A stretch of DNA of 64,000 nucleotides from contig JAHPZH010000003.1 in the NCBI GenBank assembly GCA_019058315.1, positions 41,669 through 105,668 of the forward strand, written 5' to 3'. Below the pieces are notes generated by a model. The model was not told the DNA's origin. It saw only the letters and a list, made by a program, of their open reading frames with translations, and did not search any database. The first letter of the stretch is position 1. Each line of letters starts with the position of its first letter. The position numbers and the translations under genes are program-made. This document shows, one piece after another, positions 40,393-49,867 of this stretch. This DNA is from Candidatus Helarchaeota archaeon (lineage in GTDB: Archaea; Asgardarchaeota; Lokiarchaeia; Helarchaeales; RDOG01).

Positions 40393-40407
40393 TATAACGA
40401 TGTAATA
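40393..40407. promoter_or_regulatory. Operator TATAACGATGTAATA
   Basis: Minus strand reads cgaaa-tttattaa then the operator; ~200 bp upstream of the activator gene. Confidence 0.7.
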
Positions 40408-40492
40408 TAATTAATAAATTTCGTTAATTTACTTAGTTTAGACAGATTTCAAAAAAAAAATTAATTAGTTATAGTTTTCTATATATAAAAAA

Positions 40493-41680
40493 TTAGATTG
40501 TAGGTGGATGCTCTTTTTCTTGTTCATAACGAGATCCAGCGTCTATAATATTAACTTCTGGGATCATATCTCCAACTTTTTCAAGGATGATTGCTTCATG
40601 TGGACAGTTTGTCGCACAAACACCACAACCAATACACTCAGGTTCATTCAAATAGATATAATTATCTAATAAGTCCACCGAATGTGGTTGATGATGATGT
40701 AGAGCATTCATAGGGCATAACTTTACACATTTTAGGCATAATTTGCAATTATCCTGAATAAATTTTGGCCGAAAATTTGATTTTGCTAGGCCCCCTTGGC
40801 CTCTAGTTTTAAGTAAACCTTGTAAAATAAAACAACAGCAAGAGCAACAATTACAAATCATCCCAGCCATATCTTTAGTAAATTCTTGATTATTTGTAGT
40901 ACAGTGGACCAAACCTGATTCTGCTGCTATACGGAGAACTTCCTCTGCTTCTTCATGGCTTATTAGACGTCCGATCCCTTTATCAGCCCAATAACGGGCA
41001 ACACGATCAAAAACTAAGCAAACATTTAAAGGTCTATCACATCTTCGTTCGCCATCTATATGCTCAGCATGCATTCGACAAGCACAGTCCCCTACTGCGA
41101 TATATTCAGCAGATCTAATGTAGGAGTTAGCTACTTCAAATGGTAAAATTTTTGTTTCCGTAGAAACTTTTTGATCAATTTCAATAGTTTTTTCAACTGG
41201 GTCATTATGAGGCAATACTCGAAACATTGGGTAGCCAAAGTGACAAAATACCTCAGGAGCAAATGTTTCAAAGTAATAATCATCAAGTATTTTTAATATT
41301 TCTTTCTTTTTTTCTGGTGGATCATTTTCACTCATTGTATAAAATTCATATATTCCTGGTATAAAAGGGGCTAAAGAATATAATTTTTTACCTTTTTCAT
41401 TTGTTCGAACAAAAAGAGTTCCTTTATCGACCATTGATTTGAACATTTTTTCAATGTCCTCTCGAGATTTTCCAACTTTTTTTGCCACGCGATTAATTTT
41501 TTCTTCGTTAATATATGGAATACCAAAAATTGATAATACTTCAGCTTCATCTTTGGTGTATAAATTTTCTAATAGTTTTTGAAACTTTTTTGATTTAGGT
41601 ACTGGTAAGAAGAAATTATTTAATGCCTTTCTAAGGTTTTCGTATGGATTTTTTTCATTCATTTTTCTAATCCTACTCAT
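40493..41680 (-). CDS. Multi-Cys 4Fe-4S binding protein
   Basis: CACR, CLVF, CNCCSCCC, CKLCLKCVKLCP, CIGCGVCATNCP. Confidence 0.88.
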   Translation of the reverse strand: MSRIRKMNEKNPYENLRKALNNFFLPVPKSKKFQKLLENLYTKDEAEVLSIFGIPYINEEKINRVAKKVGKSREDIEKMFKSMVDKGTLFVRTNEKGKKLYSLAPFIPGIYEFYTMSENDPPEKKKEILKILDDYYFETFAPEVFCHFGYPMFRVLPHNDPVEKTIEIDQKVSTETKILPFEVANSYIRSAEYIAVGDCACRMHAEHIDGERRCDRPLNVCLVFDRVARYWADKGIGRLISHEEAEEVLRIAAESGLVHCTTNNQEFTKDMAGMICNCCSCCCFILQGLLKTRGQGGLAKSNFRPKFIQDNCKLCLKCVKLCPMNALHHHQPHSVDLLDNYIYLNEPECIGCGVCATNCPHEAIILEKVGDMIPEVNIIDAGSRYEQEKEHPPTI

Positions 41681-41766
41681 ATTATCTATATTTTTATTTA
41701 GTTGGTGTTTAAGATTTAATGCAAGATTTAAATCGTATTAATAAGATTTATTATTTCTTTTTAAAT

Positions 41767-41781
41767 TATTACATTGTAATA
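41767..41781. promoter_or_regulatory. Operator TATTACATTGTAATA (perfect palindrome)
   Basis: 22 bp upstream of the larE ATG. Confidence 0.8.
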
Positions 41782-41803
41782 ATAAAAAGATGTCTTGACT
41801 TAA

Positions 41804-42610
41804 ATGAGTTTTGAACTAAAACAGAAAATCAAAACAGTTCATAAAATTTTAAACAAAAAAAAAGTATTAGTTGCATTTTCTGGTGGAGTAGATAGTAGTG
41901 TGATTACAAGTTTAGCAAAAGAAGTATGTGAAGAAGTTTTAGCAGTTACGGCAAATTCCAACACATTTCCTGAAGATGAAATTTTAAATGCTGAAAAAGT
42001 AGCAAAAGAATTAGGTATTAAATGGAAGATAATTGAGATAGACGAACTTGCAAATGATAAATTCGCAGAAAATCCTCCTATTAGGTGTTATTATTGTAAA
42101 AAGGAATTGATGAATGAATTATTAAATATTGTACAAGCTGAAAATTTTGATTTAATAATTGATGGAACAAATGCAAGTGATTTACATGATCATAGACCAG
42201 GAATTTTGGCTCTTAAAGAATTAAAAGTAAAATCTCCTTTAGCAGAAGCTGGAATTACAAAAAAAGAAATTCGACAAATCGCTAAAGATCGAGGAATAAG
42301 TGTTTGGCAACGACCTTCAATGGCATGTTTATCTTCAAGATTTCCCTACGGGGAACGAATCACTGCAGAAAAATTAAAAATGGTAGAAAATGCAGAAAGA
42401 TTTATTCGAAATAGTTATGACATTAAAATTTTGAGAGTAAGATATTATAATGGATTAGCAAGAATCGAGGTCGGGAAAGAAGAAATAAAAAGAGTTTTGT
42501 CTGAAAAAAGATTTTATGAAATTTTAAATTATTTAAAAAATTTGGGATTTAAATATGTGACTTTAGATTTAGAAGGGTATCGAACTGGATCTATGAATGA
42601 AATACTTTAA
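41804..42610 (+). CDS. larE: ATP-dependent sulfur transferase LarE family ([4Fe-4S]-type Cys set)
   Basis: AFSGGVDSS PP-loop, RCYYCK, DGTN, RPG, ACLSSRFPYG, GYRTGSMN. Confidence 0.93.
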   Translation: MSFELKQKIKTVHKILNKKKVLVAFSGGVDSSVITSLAKEVCEEVLAVTANSNTFPEDEILNAEKVAKELGIKWKIIEIDELANDKFAENPPIRCYYCKKELMNELLNIVQAENFDLIIDGTNASDLHDHRPGILALKELKVKSPLAEAGITKKEIRQIAKDRGISVWQRPSMACLSSRFPYGERITAEKLKMVENAERFIRNSYDIKILRVRYYNGLARIEVGKEEIKRVLSEKRFYEILNYLKNLGFKYVTLDLEGYRTGSMNEIL

Positions 42611-42624
42611 TTATGAATAATCGG

Positions 42625-43485
42625 CTAGATTAGTGGTTTTGGAGGTTTGAATTCTCCAATCACAATTTTTGGTGGTTCTTTTTGCATTTCTTTTTCTCGT
42701 AAATCAAGGAGAGTTTGTCCAATTTCTGAAAATGCATAAACGGGTATATTTCTTCCATATTTTTTTCGAGCTTTTTTAGAAATAATATTTCTCATAACTT
42801 TAGAACCACAACCATGAGCGAGATCAAATTGAAGGATAAAAGGAATCAGGTCTTCAGTAATTCCTGTAGTGTGCATTCCACATACTATAGCCTTTGAATC
42901 ATATTCTTTTTCAAAAGCTCGTATTTTAATTATCTCCTTTGCATTAGGCCCTGCTATCGTAACTCCTACTTTCTTATATCCCAATTCAAATGCTTTTTTT
43001 ACTCCAGCAGTTTGATCTAATGTAGCATTTACAGGATCAAGAAGAATTGCTCCAAGATTTTTTAGTCTGGATATCACTTCTGGGATTGGAGATGTTGAGA
43101 TGAGAGCATTCATCGCTATTCCAATTCCTTGGACAATTTTGGGATTATTAGTTATTACTGTTCCTGCTCCATCACATGGTTCAACTACACTGTCAATTAA
43201 CCCAAATTTTAAACCTGTACAAAAAGTTTCAGAGGCCCCATATCCGATTCCATCAAAATCCACAGTTACAGTTCTGTTAGGAGAACATAAATGAAATAAA
43301 AATTTTATCTTTCTCTCAAGATGTTTTTTAACAGTATCACGGGTATGAAATTTTGTCCCGCCCATAAACTCATGAAGAGGACAAAATTTAACAAGTGGAT
43401 CACTTTCAACTGAAATCACTTCTCTTTCACTTACAATTACTCGCGCTTTAGCGATTTCCCAAACATGTCGGTCTTTTTTAACCAA
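42625..43485 (-). CDS. DUF2099 / methanogenesis marker 8-like protein
   Basis: DRHVWE, FCPL, GASE, CDGAGTV, TSPIPEVI, DQTAGV, HTTG. Confidence 0.8.
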   Translation of the reverse strand: MVKKDRHVWEIAKARVIVSEREVISVESDPLVKFCPLHEFMGGTKFHTRDTVKKHLERKIKFLFHLCSPNRTVTVDFDGIGYGASETFCTGLKFGLIDSVVEPCDGAGTVITNNPKIVQGIGIAMNALISTSPIPEVISRLKNLGAILLDPVNATLDQTAGVKKAFELGYKKVGVTIAGPNAKEIIKIRAFEKEYDSKAIVCGMHTTGITEDLIPFILQFDLAHGCGSKVMRNIISKKARKKYGRNIPVYAFSEIGQTLLDLREKEMQKEPPKIVIGEFKPPKPLI

Positions 43486-43529
43486 TTATATCCCTTTTTT
43501 AAGCTTTATAAAATGAAAATTATTTAAAT

Positions 43530-43557
43530 TATCACATTGTTATATTACAATGTTATG
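43530..43557. promoter_or_regulatory. Overlapping tandem operators TATCACATTGTTATA (43530-43544) and TATTACAATGTTATG (43543-43557)
   Basis: Immediately after gaaaa-ttatttaaa (BRE/TATA); between the divergent DUF2099 and ThiI-like genes. Confidence 0.85.
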
Positions 43558-43600
43558 TATTGATATTTATTGATTACGATTATTATCAGATGAATGACAA

Positions 43601-44593
43601 ATGACTATCAAAGCACTTGGTTTATTATCTGGCGGATTGGACAGTACATTAGCTATAAAATTAATGTTAGATCAAGGAATTGAAGTCATAGCTTTGAATT
43701 TCTCTTCTCCTTTTTGTCTATGTAATCGTAAAGGCAGATGTGAAGCTGTTGAAGTAGCAAATAAGTTCAAAATACCTATTAAAGTAATATCCAAAGGCGA
43801 GGATTATCTTGATATCATAAAACACCCGAAATTTGGTCGCGGAAAAAATATGAATCCTTGTATTGATTGTAGAATATTCATGTTGAAGAAGGCAAAAATT
43901 TATGCTGAAGAAATTGGTGCTAAATTTATTTTTACGGGAGAAGTTCTAAATCAGCGTCCGATGTCCCAACATCTTAAAGCTTTGAGATTGATAGAGATTC
44001 AGTCAAAGCTGGAAGGAAAAATTTTGAGACCATTATCCGCAAAAATATTACCAAAAACTGAAGCTGAGATGAAAGGTTGGGTCGCTAGGTCAAAAATGTT
44101 AGACATAAAGGGCAGATCTCGAAAAATTCAAATGAAATTAGCAAATGATATAAATCTAGTTGATTATCATTGCCCAGCAGGGGGGTGCTTACTCACATAT
44201 TCCGATTTTTCAATAAAAATTAAAGACCTTATAAATAATAAACCAAAATTCACATTAAAGGACGTTCAATTACTTAAAATTGGAAGACATTTTAGATATG
44301 ATAATAATAAAATCATTGTTGGGAGAAGTTTTTCAGAGAATGAGTTAATAAAATTACAAAAATTTAATGATGATTATCTTTTTGAAGTAATTGGCACTCC
44401 AAGCCCAATCTCAGTATTGCAAGGTCCAAAAAATTCAAATGCAATTAAAGTAACAGCTCAAATTACATTACGATACTCCGATTCAATAGGAGAATCTGTT
44501 GTAAGATATGGACCAAATTTAAGTGAATTTAAAATCATGGTTACGCCTTTAGATAATAGAGAAATTGAGAAATTGAGAATTAACGCAATATAG
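43601..44593 (+). CDS. ThiI-like PP-loop ATPase (tRNA thiouridine synthase-like, no THUMP domain)
   Basis: LSGGLDS, NPCIDC, TGEVLNQRPMSQ, RPLSA, PAGGCLL, GRHFR. Confidence 0.8.
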   Translation: MTIKALGLLSGGLDSTLAIKLMLDQGIEVIALNFSSPFCLCNRKGRCEAVEVANKFKIPIKVISKGEDYLDIIKHPKFGRGKNMNPCIDCRIFMLKKAKIYAEEIGAKFIFTGEVLNQRPMSQHLKALRLIEIQSKLEGKILRPLSAKILPKTEAEMKGWVARSKMLDIKGRSRKIQMKLANDINLVDYHCPAGGCLLTYSDFSIKIKDLINNKPKFTLKDVQLLKIGRHFRYDNNKIIVGRSFSENELIKLQKFNDDYLFEVIGTPSPISVLQGPKNSNAIKVTAQITLRYSDSIGESVVRYGPNLSEFKIMVTPLDNREIEKLRINAI

Positions 44594-44646
44594 AGTAACA
44601 AATTTAATTTTCTTAATGACTAGAATTTAATCAAAAATATAGTTAT

Positions 44647-45606
44647 TTATATCACAATTCCATTTTCATAATGATGTTTTTCTGGATGTATTTTTTCAAT
44701 AATAGATAGATCAAAAATATCCGATTCATTCAATTTTCTTTCAATATAACCCAACTTCTGAAGCACTGAAACAAATTCCATTGTGGAATTTATATATTCA
44801 GGTGGTAAGGCTGCACAGTATTTTGGTGAAATTTTAAATGTATTTAAAATAAAGTCCAAATTAATGAATTCAACTTCTTTCTCTACAATTTTTGCGATTG
44901 CTCTTGGATTTTGTCGGATTGATGTACAAGCATCCTTATGAAGTATAATAAAACGTTCAACGATTTCACGATAATTGTCAATTAAAAAATCACTTACTAT
45001 TATACCATAACTCGGATTATACGGCCACCAGATTTTAGTTGGAATAACAACCTTAGTAGTTAAATATTGGTTTAAATATACAGGCAATGCTGGAGTCCCA
45101 ACTGCAGCTTCTACAATTTTTTTCTCCATATCGGGTAAAATAAAATCAGTTATGTCATAATTTTTTATTTTAATTTTATCTTCTAATCCAGCTTTTTCAA
45201 TACAATCCCGTAACATTACATCATGAATAGATCCTCTTTTTGGAACACCAATAAATTTGTTCCTAAATTGATTAAAAAAATCTATTATATTATTATCGAC
45301 CTCTTGTATTGATTTAAAATGATCGAATGCAACCATGATTGTGCCTTCGACATGTCCTCCTGCTATACATTTAATATTAGCCCCTTTATCTATTCCAATA
45401 ATGGATGGTGGTAATCCAATATAACCTATATCTAGTTCTTCTTGTAAAAATTTTTTAATTATACTTGGACCAGTTCCATGTAACTCCCATTCAGTTTTAA
45501 TACCTAAAAATTTTTCAACATTATTATTAAACATTAAAGGAAATGATGTATGATAGATGGTTGAGAGAAATGCTATCCGAATTTTCTTTAGATCTTTAAT
45601 AGTCAT
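44647..45606 (-). CDS. SsuA/TauA/THI5-like solute-binding-fold protein lacking a signal peptide
   Basis: GTGP, ELDIGYIGLPP, AGGHVEG, GSIHDV; start moved to ATG 45606 with aggag RBS. Confidence 0.75.
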   Translation of the reverse strand: MTIKDLKKIRIAFLSTIYHTSFPLMFNNNVEKFLGIKTEWELHGTGPSIIKKFLQEELDIGYIGLPPSIIGIDKGANIKCIAGGHVEGTIMVAFDHFKSIQEVDNNIIDFFNQFRNKFIGVPKRGSIHDVMLRDCIEKAGLEDKIKIKNYDITDFILPDMEKKIVEAAVGTPALPVYLNQYLTTKVVIPTKIWWPYNPSYGIIVSDFLIDNYREIVERFIILHKDACTSIRQNPRAIAKIVEKEVEFINLDFILNTFKISPKYCAALPPEYINSTMEFVSVLQKLGYIERKLNESDIFDLSIIEKIHPEKHHYENGIVI

Positions 45607-45643
45607 AAAAATTCTCCTTAATAACATTAATAATTTATTCAAA

Positions 45644-45658
45644 TATGACATTGTTATA
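45644..45658. promoter_or_regulatory. Operator TATGACATTGTTATA
   Basis: Upstream of the solute-binding-fold gene (minus strand). Confidence 0.8.
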
Positions 45659-45768
45659 TTAATAATGCTAATAAATTATACGATTATTACTATTAGTAAT
45701 ACTTTCCTTAGGAAATATTACTTATATGCATAACATTTATAAATAATTGCTAATTAGTTTAAGTAATA

Positions 45769-45783
45769 AATTACATTGTAATA
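45769..45783. promoter_or_regulatory. Operator AATTACATTGTAATA
   Basis: 35 bp upstream of the thrC-like ATG. Confidence 0.75.
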
Positions 45784-45817
45784 AATTACCAATAGTAATA
45801 ATGGTGATGAAGAAAAA

Positions 45818-47074
45818 ATGTCAAAGAGAATAATTGGATTAGAATGTCCGGAATGTGGTATTATTTACCCACAGGAATTAACTCCCATTTGTAAAGAATG
45901 CTGGGGACCCTTAAAAATAAAATATGATTATGAAATAATAAAAGATAAAATTTCTAAAGAAAAACTAAAAAATCGTCCTTTTAATCAATGGAGATATATT
46001 GAATTATTACCCATTGAGGATTTAACTAAAATAATTTCACTTAATGATGGTGGTACTCCATTAATAAGATGTAAAAATTTAGAGACTGAATTAGGTCTTA
46101 AAGAATTGTATGTAAAAAATGATACCATTAATCCTACTTTATCATTTAAAGATCGTCCTGCATCAGTTGGAATATCTAAATGTAACGAATTAGGTATTAA
46201 TACTGTTGGTTGTGCCTCAACAGGAAATTTAGCCGCATCAACTGCCGCCCATGCCGCTAAAGCTGGGTTTCCTTGCTATATTTTTGTTCCAGCAAACATT
46301 GAGTATTCAAAGATTACACAAACAGCAATTCACGGAGTAAATATTATTGGTGTTAATGGAACATATGATGCTGCAAATCAGTTAGGTATTCTTGCAGCTG
46401 AAGTTTTTAAATGGGGGCTTTTAAATATAAACGTACGTCCCTATTACACGGAGGGCTCAAAAACAATCGCTTTTGAAACTTGTGAACAGTTGAATTGGGA
46501 ATCACCTGATAACATAATCATTCCAATGGGAAGTGGTGCATTATTATGTTCGGTCAATAGAGCTCTAATAGATCTATATAAAATTGGTTTTATTGAGAAA
46601 AATAATATCAAAATTTCAGGAGCCCAACCATCTGGATGCTCCCCAATTGTAACGTCCAAAAATACGAAATCTGATATTTTTCCAATTGAAAATCCAGACA
46701 CCTTAACAAAAAGTTTAGCGATAGGAAATCCAGCTAGCGGTTACGAGGCTATTAATGTAATAAATTCTACAAATGGTTGTGCAATTGCGCCTTCTGATTC
46801 TGAAATCACAGATGCGATAAAACTCTTAGCAAAAAGAGAAGGAATTTATGCGGAACCTGCAGGTGCAATTCCGTTAGCTGCTCTAATAAATTTAATTCAG
46901 TCAGGCGATATTTCCAAAGATGAAAGCGTTGTGTTACTTGTAACAGGAAATGGTTTCAAGGCTCATCAAACAGTAACGAATTTAATTTCAGAAATACCCA
47001 TTATCGAACCAACTTTAGATGCATTAGAGAAATATACAAACAAAAAGGAGGCGATAGCATTTGCCAAAAATTAA
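45818..47074 (+). CDS. thrC: Threonine synthase-family PLP enzyme (sulfur-carrier-associated paralog type)
   Basis: N-terminal CPEC/CKEC, NPTLSFKDR, CASTGN, NINVRPYYTEGSKT, TGNGFK; overlaps moaD. Confidence 0.85.
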   Translation: MSKRIIGLECPECGIIYPQELTPICKECWGPLKIKYDYEIIKDKISKEKLKNRPFNQWRYIELLPIEDLTKIISLNDGGTPLIRCKNLETELGLKELYVKNDTINPTLSFKDRPASVGISKCNELGINTVGCASTGNLAASTAAHAAKAGFPCYIFVPANIEYSKITQTAIHGVNIIGVNGTYDAANQLGILAAEVFKWGLLNINVRPYYTEGSKTIAFETCEQLNWESPDNIIIPMGSGALLCSVNRALIDLYKIGFIEKNNIKISGAQPSGCSPIVTSKNTKSDIFPIENPDTLTKSLAIGNPASGYEAINVINSTNGCAIAPSDSEITDAIKLLAKREGIYAEPAGAIPLAALINLIQSGDISKDESVVLLVTGNGFKAHQTVTNLISEIPIIEPTLDALEKYTNKKEAIAFAKN

Positions 47075-47345
47075 ATTTGTATTTTTTTCATCGCTCCATG
47101 ATTTAACAAATACAGAGTCAATTGAATTAGAAATAAATGGAACAGTAGAAAAAGCGTTGGAAAAGATTTATGATATTTATGGAGATGTATTTAAAAATAG
47201 AATTTTAGATAAAAATACGGGAAAAATTAAGAAATACGTCATAGTTGCTATTAATCGAAAAGATATTCGCCATCTCAATGGATATGATACAAAATTAAAT
47301 GAAGCAGATGAAATTTCAATACTTCCCGCTGTTGCAGGAGGCTAA
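47061..47345 (+). CDS. moaD: MoaD/ThiS/SAMP ubiquitin-like sulfur carrier
   Basis: Beta-grasp pattern ending DEISILPAVAGG (C-terminal GG); aaggagg RBS with TTG start. Confidence 0.92.
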   Translation: MPKIKFVFFSSLHDLTNTESIELEINGTVEKALEKIYDIYGDVFKNRILDKNTGKIKKYVIVAINRKDIRHLNGYDTKLNEADEISILPAVAGG

Positions 47346-47371
47346 AATCTAAATTTGGTGATTTTTAATAA

Positions 47372-48025
47372 ATGATATCTCTTGAAACTAAAATAAATGA
47401 AATTATAAAGATTTTAGATACCAAATTTTCTCCTGTTGGAGTTAAAATTATACAAAATAATGATCAACATATCGATAATTCTTTTCAAGAAGTGAATGAA
47501 AATAAGAGATTTTGCTATTATGTACGTCAAGCTGCGTTAGGAAAGAAATTTATTATTAAGAATGATAACAAACTTGAGTGTAAGACCCCATATTATTGTT
47601 TAGGATTTAAAGAACCAAAATATGGTAATTTTGATTATAGAATTAGACCAGCTATTACAAAGACTGTTTTAATAGCTCCATTAAATAAATTTAAAATGAA
47701 CGTAGATAGCGTTGTTTTTATTATAAACGCAAAACAGTCAATGCTATTAGTTGATGCTCTACGAAGAATTCAAAAGAAGAAGATACAGGCAACTTTTGGA
47801 GTGTCTATGTCTATTTGTGGGGAAATTGTTGCGAATTCTATTGTGAATAAAACCCCTAGTTTATCTCTTCTTTGTTATGGGGCTCGAATTTATTCCGATT
47901 ATAAAAATAATGAACTTGCTCTAGGAATTCCATTTGTATTGTTTGATTCTATCTATGAAAATTTGAAAAAAATTGAGAAGTTACAGGAATTAGAGGAAGA
48001 ATTAAAAAATTTAGAGGTGAAATAA
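47372..48025 (+). CDS. DUF169-family protein
   Basis: PVGVK, RFC, ICGE, SLLCYGAR, ELALGIP. Confidence 0.78.
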   Translation: MISLETKINEIIKILDTKFSPVGVKIIQNNDQHIDNSFQEVNENKRFCYYVRQAALGKKFIIKNDNKLECKTPYYCLGFKEPKYGNFDYRIRPAITKTVLIAPLNKFKMNVDSVVFIINAKQSMLLVDALRRIQKKKIQATFGVSMSICGEIVANSIVNKTPSLSLLCYGARIYSDYKNNELALGIPFVLFDSIYENLKKIEKLQELEEELKNLEVK

Positions 48026-48834
48026 TGTTTGGGTTTACAGAAGAAGAAATAAGAAGATATAGCCGTCAAATTGTATTAAAAGGTGTAGGAGGAGTAGGCC
48101 AGAAAAAATTAAGAGAATCATCAGTTCTTGTAGTAGGAGCTGGTGGTCTTGGTTGTCCTGCTGCTTTTTATCTGACAGCTGCAGGGGTTGGAAAATTAGG
48201 AATTCTAGATTTCGATGTTGTAGATATAAGTAATTTACAAAGACAAATATTACATTTTACTAAAGATGTTGGAAAGCCAAAGGTAATTTCAGCTGCAGAA
48301 AAATTAAGAGAATTAAACCCAAATATTACTATTGACACTATTCAAACTCAATTGACTCCCAAAAATGCAAGGGAAATAATAAAACCTTATGATTATGTTA
48401 TTGATGGATCTGATAATTTTGCGACAAAGTATATTATAAATGATGCTTGTATTATAGAAGATATTCCATTCACAATGGCAGGGATTTTAGCTTTTAATGG
48501 TCAAATTATGACAGTAATCCCTAAAAAATCTGCATGTTACCGTTGTGCTTATTCTGATCCTCCACCCCCAGGAGTAGTCCCAAGTTGTTCACAAGCGGGA
48601 GTTTTTGGAGCAATACCAGGTATTGTTGGATCTATTCAGACTAGTGAGGCAATTAAATATCTACTTGGTTTTGGGGAACTTCTAACTAATAAGATATTAG
48701 TGGTTGATATAGGAAGTTTGATATTTCAATTAGTTACAGTGAAAAAGAGTGATGATTGTAAAGCATGTGGTAATGTTCCTGAAGATCTTTTAAATGTTTT
48801 TGATTATTATCAAGGAGAATCATGTGAAATATAA
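48025..48834 (+). CDS. moeB: MoeB/ThiF/UbaA E1-like adenylyltransferase (no rhodanese domain)
   Basis: RYSRQI, GAGGLG, DISNLQRQ, DGSDNF, CYRC, CSQAG, CKAC. Confidence 0.93.
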   Translation: MFGFTEEEIRRYSRQIVLKGVGGVGQKKLRESSVLVVGAGGLGCPAAFYLTAAGVGKLGILDFDVVDISNLQRQILHFTKDVGKPKVISAAEKLRELNPNITIDTIQTQLTPKNAREIIKPYDYVIDGSDNFATKYIINDACIIEDIPFTMAGILAFNGQIMTVIPKKSACYRCAYSDPPPPGVVPSCSQAGVFGAIPGIVGSIQTSEAIKYLLGFGELLTNKILVVDIGSLIFQLVTVKKSDDCKACGNVPEDLLNVFDYYQGESCEI

Positions 48835-48840
48835 AATTAG

Positions 48841-49086
48841 GTGATTAAAATTACAAAAAATGATATTAGGAAAATAGATTTAAAGGGTGAGGTTTGTCCA
48901 TATACGTTTGTTTTGACCAAACTAAATCTGGAGGAAATGCAACCAAATCAGATTTTAGAAGTGATTGTTGATTATCCACCAGCGGCTGAGAATATACCTC
49001 GCAGTATAAAAGATCAAAATTTAGGTGAAGTTTTGAGTGTAGATAAATTAAGTAACGTAGAATGGAGAATCAAGATAAAAAAATAA
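48841..49086 (+). CDS. tusA: Sulfur carrier TusA family
   Basis: IDLKGEVCPYT, DYPPAAENIP. Confidence 0.88.
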   Translation: MIKITKNDIRKIDLKGEVCPYTFVLTKLNLEEMQPNQILEVIVDYPPAAENIPRSIKDQNLGEVLSVDKLSNVEWRIKIKK

Positions 49087-49134
49087 CAAACAAGATGAAA
49101 TATTGAAAAAAATAAAATATTGGAGAGTGATGAG

Positions 49135-49449
49135 ATGGCAAATGTGTTAATAATAATATCAAAAGAAAAATACCAATCTAACAAGACTCAGTTAGCTATA
49201 GAAATTTCAAAAAATATTCAAAATAAAGGGAATTCTACAACAGTTTATCTTGTTGAAGATGGCGTGTATTTAGGTTGGGACAGTAGTATCAATGATTTAA
49301 TTAAAACAGGTATAATTGTGAAGGCTGACGAGTGGGATCTAAAAGCCAGAGGATTAAAAGGAAAGATTAATGAAAAAATTGAGATTAAAACTCCTAATGA
49401 TCTTTTTAACGAAGTAGCTGAGAATAGTGATAAGGTTTTATGGTTTTAG
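49135..49449 (+). CDS. DsrH/TusB-like protein
   Basis: YLVEDGVY, DLKARGL; no Cys. Confidence 0.75.
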   Translation: MANVLIIISKEKYQSNKTQLAIEISKNIQNKGNSTTVYLVEDGVYLGWDSSINDLIKTGIIVKADEWDLKARGLKGKINEKIEIKTPNDLFNEVAENSDKVLWF

Positions 49450-49460
49450 GAGGTAAATAT

Positions 49461-49856
49461 ATGGTAAAAACTTTAACATTTATTGTGACAAAAGGTCCTT
49501 ATTCCTCTGAAATTCCTTATACAGTCTTAAAACTAGTTAAAGCAGCTCGAAAAAAAAATGTGAATATTAATCTTTTCTTCTATCTTGATGGGACATTTAT
49601 TAGCCACCACAAACAATCTCCTGGTGATTACCCCAATGTTCAATATATAACCCATGATTTATTGAAAAAAGGTCTTTTAAATCCCAAAATAGATGCGATC
49701 GCATGCATTAAATGTACCCATGCTAGAGGAATTACACATGGAGACGATTCATTTAAAGAAGGTTCTGCTTACACATATGAAGGAGTTATTATTGGGGGAT
49801 TAGGCGATTTAGCAATCTGGCTTAAAAATAGTGATAAAACCATATTAATTAGTTAG
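49461..49856 (+). CDS. DsrE/TusD-like protein
   Basis: GPYSSE, FFYLDG, ACIKCTHARG, GGLGDL; aggaggt RBS before ATG 49461. Confidence 0.82.
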   Translation: MVKTLTFIVTKGPYSSEIPYTVLKLVKAARKKNVNINLFFYLDGTFISHHKQSPGDYPNVQYITHDLLKKGLLNPKIDAIACIKCTHARGITHGDDSFKEGSAYTYEGVIIGGLGDLAIWLKNSDKTILIS

Positions 49857-49867
49857 GAGATGATTTT

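Noticed and set aside
45818-47074. Calling the ThrC paralog cysteate synthase (CoM pathway)
   Set aside because: Motifs (SFKDR, STGN, RPYYxEGSKT) fit the threonine-synthase type found next to moaD/moeB; no comDE nearby
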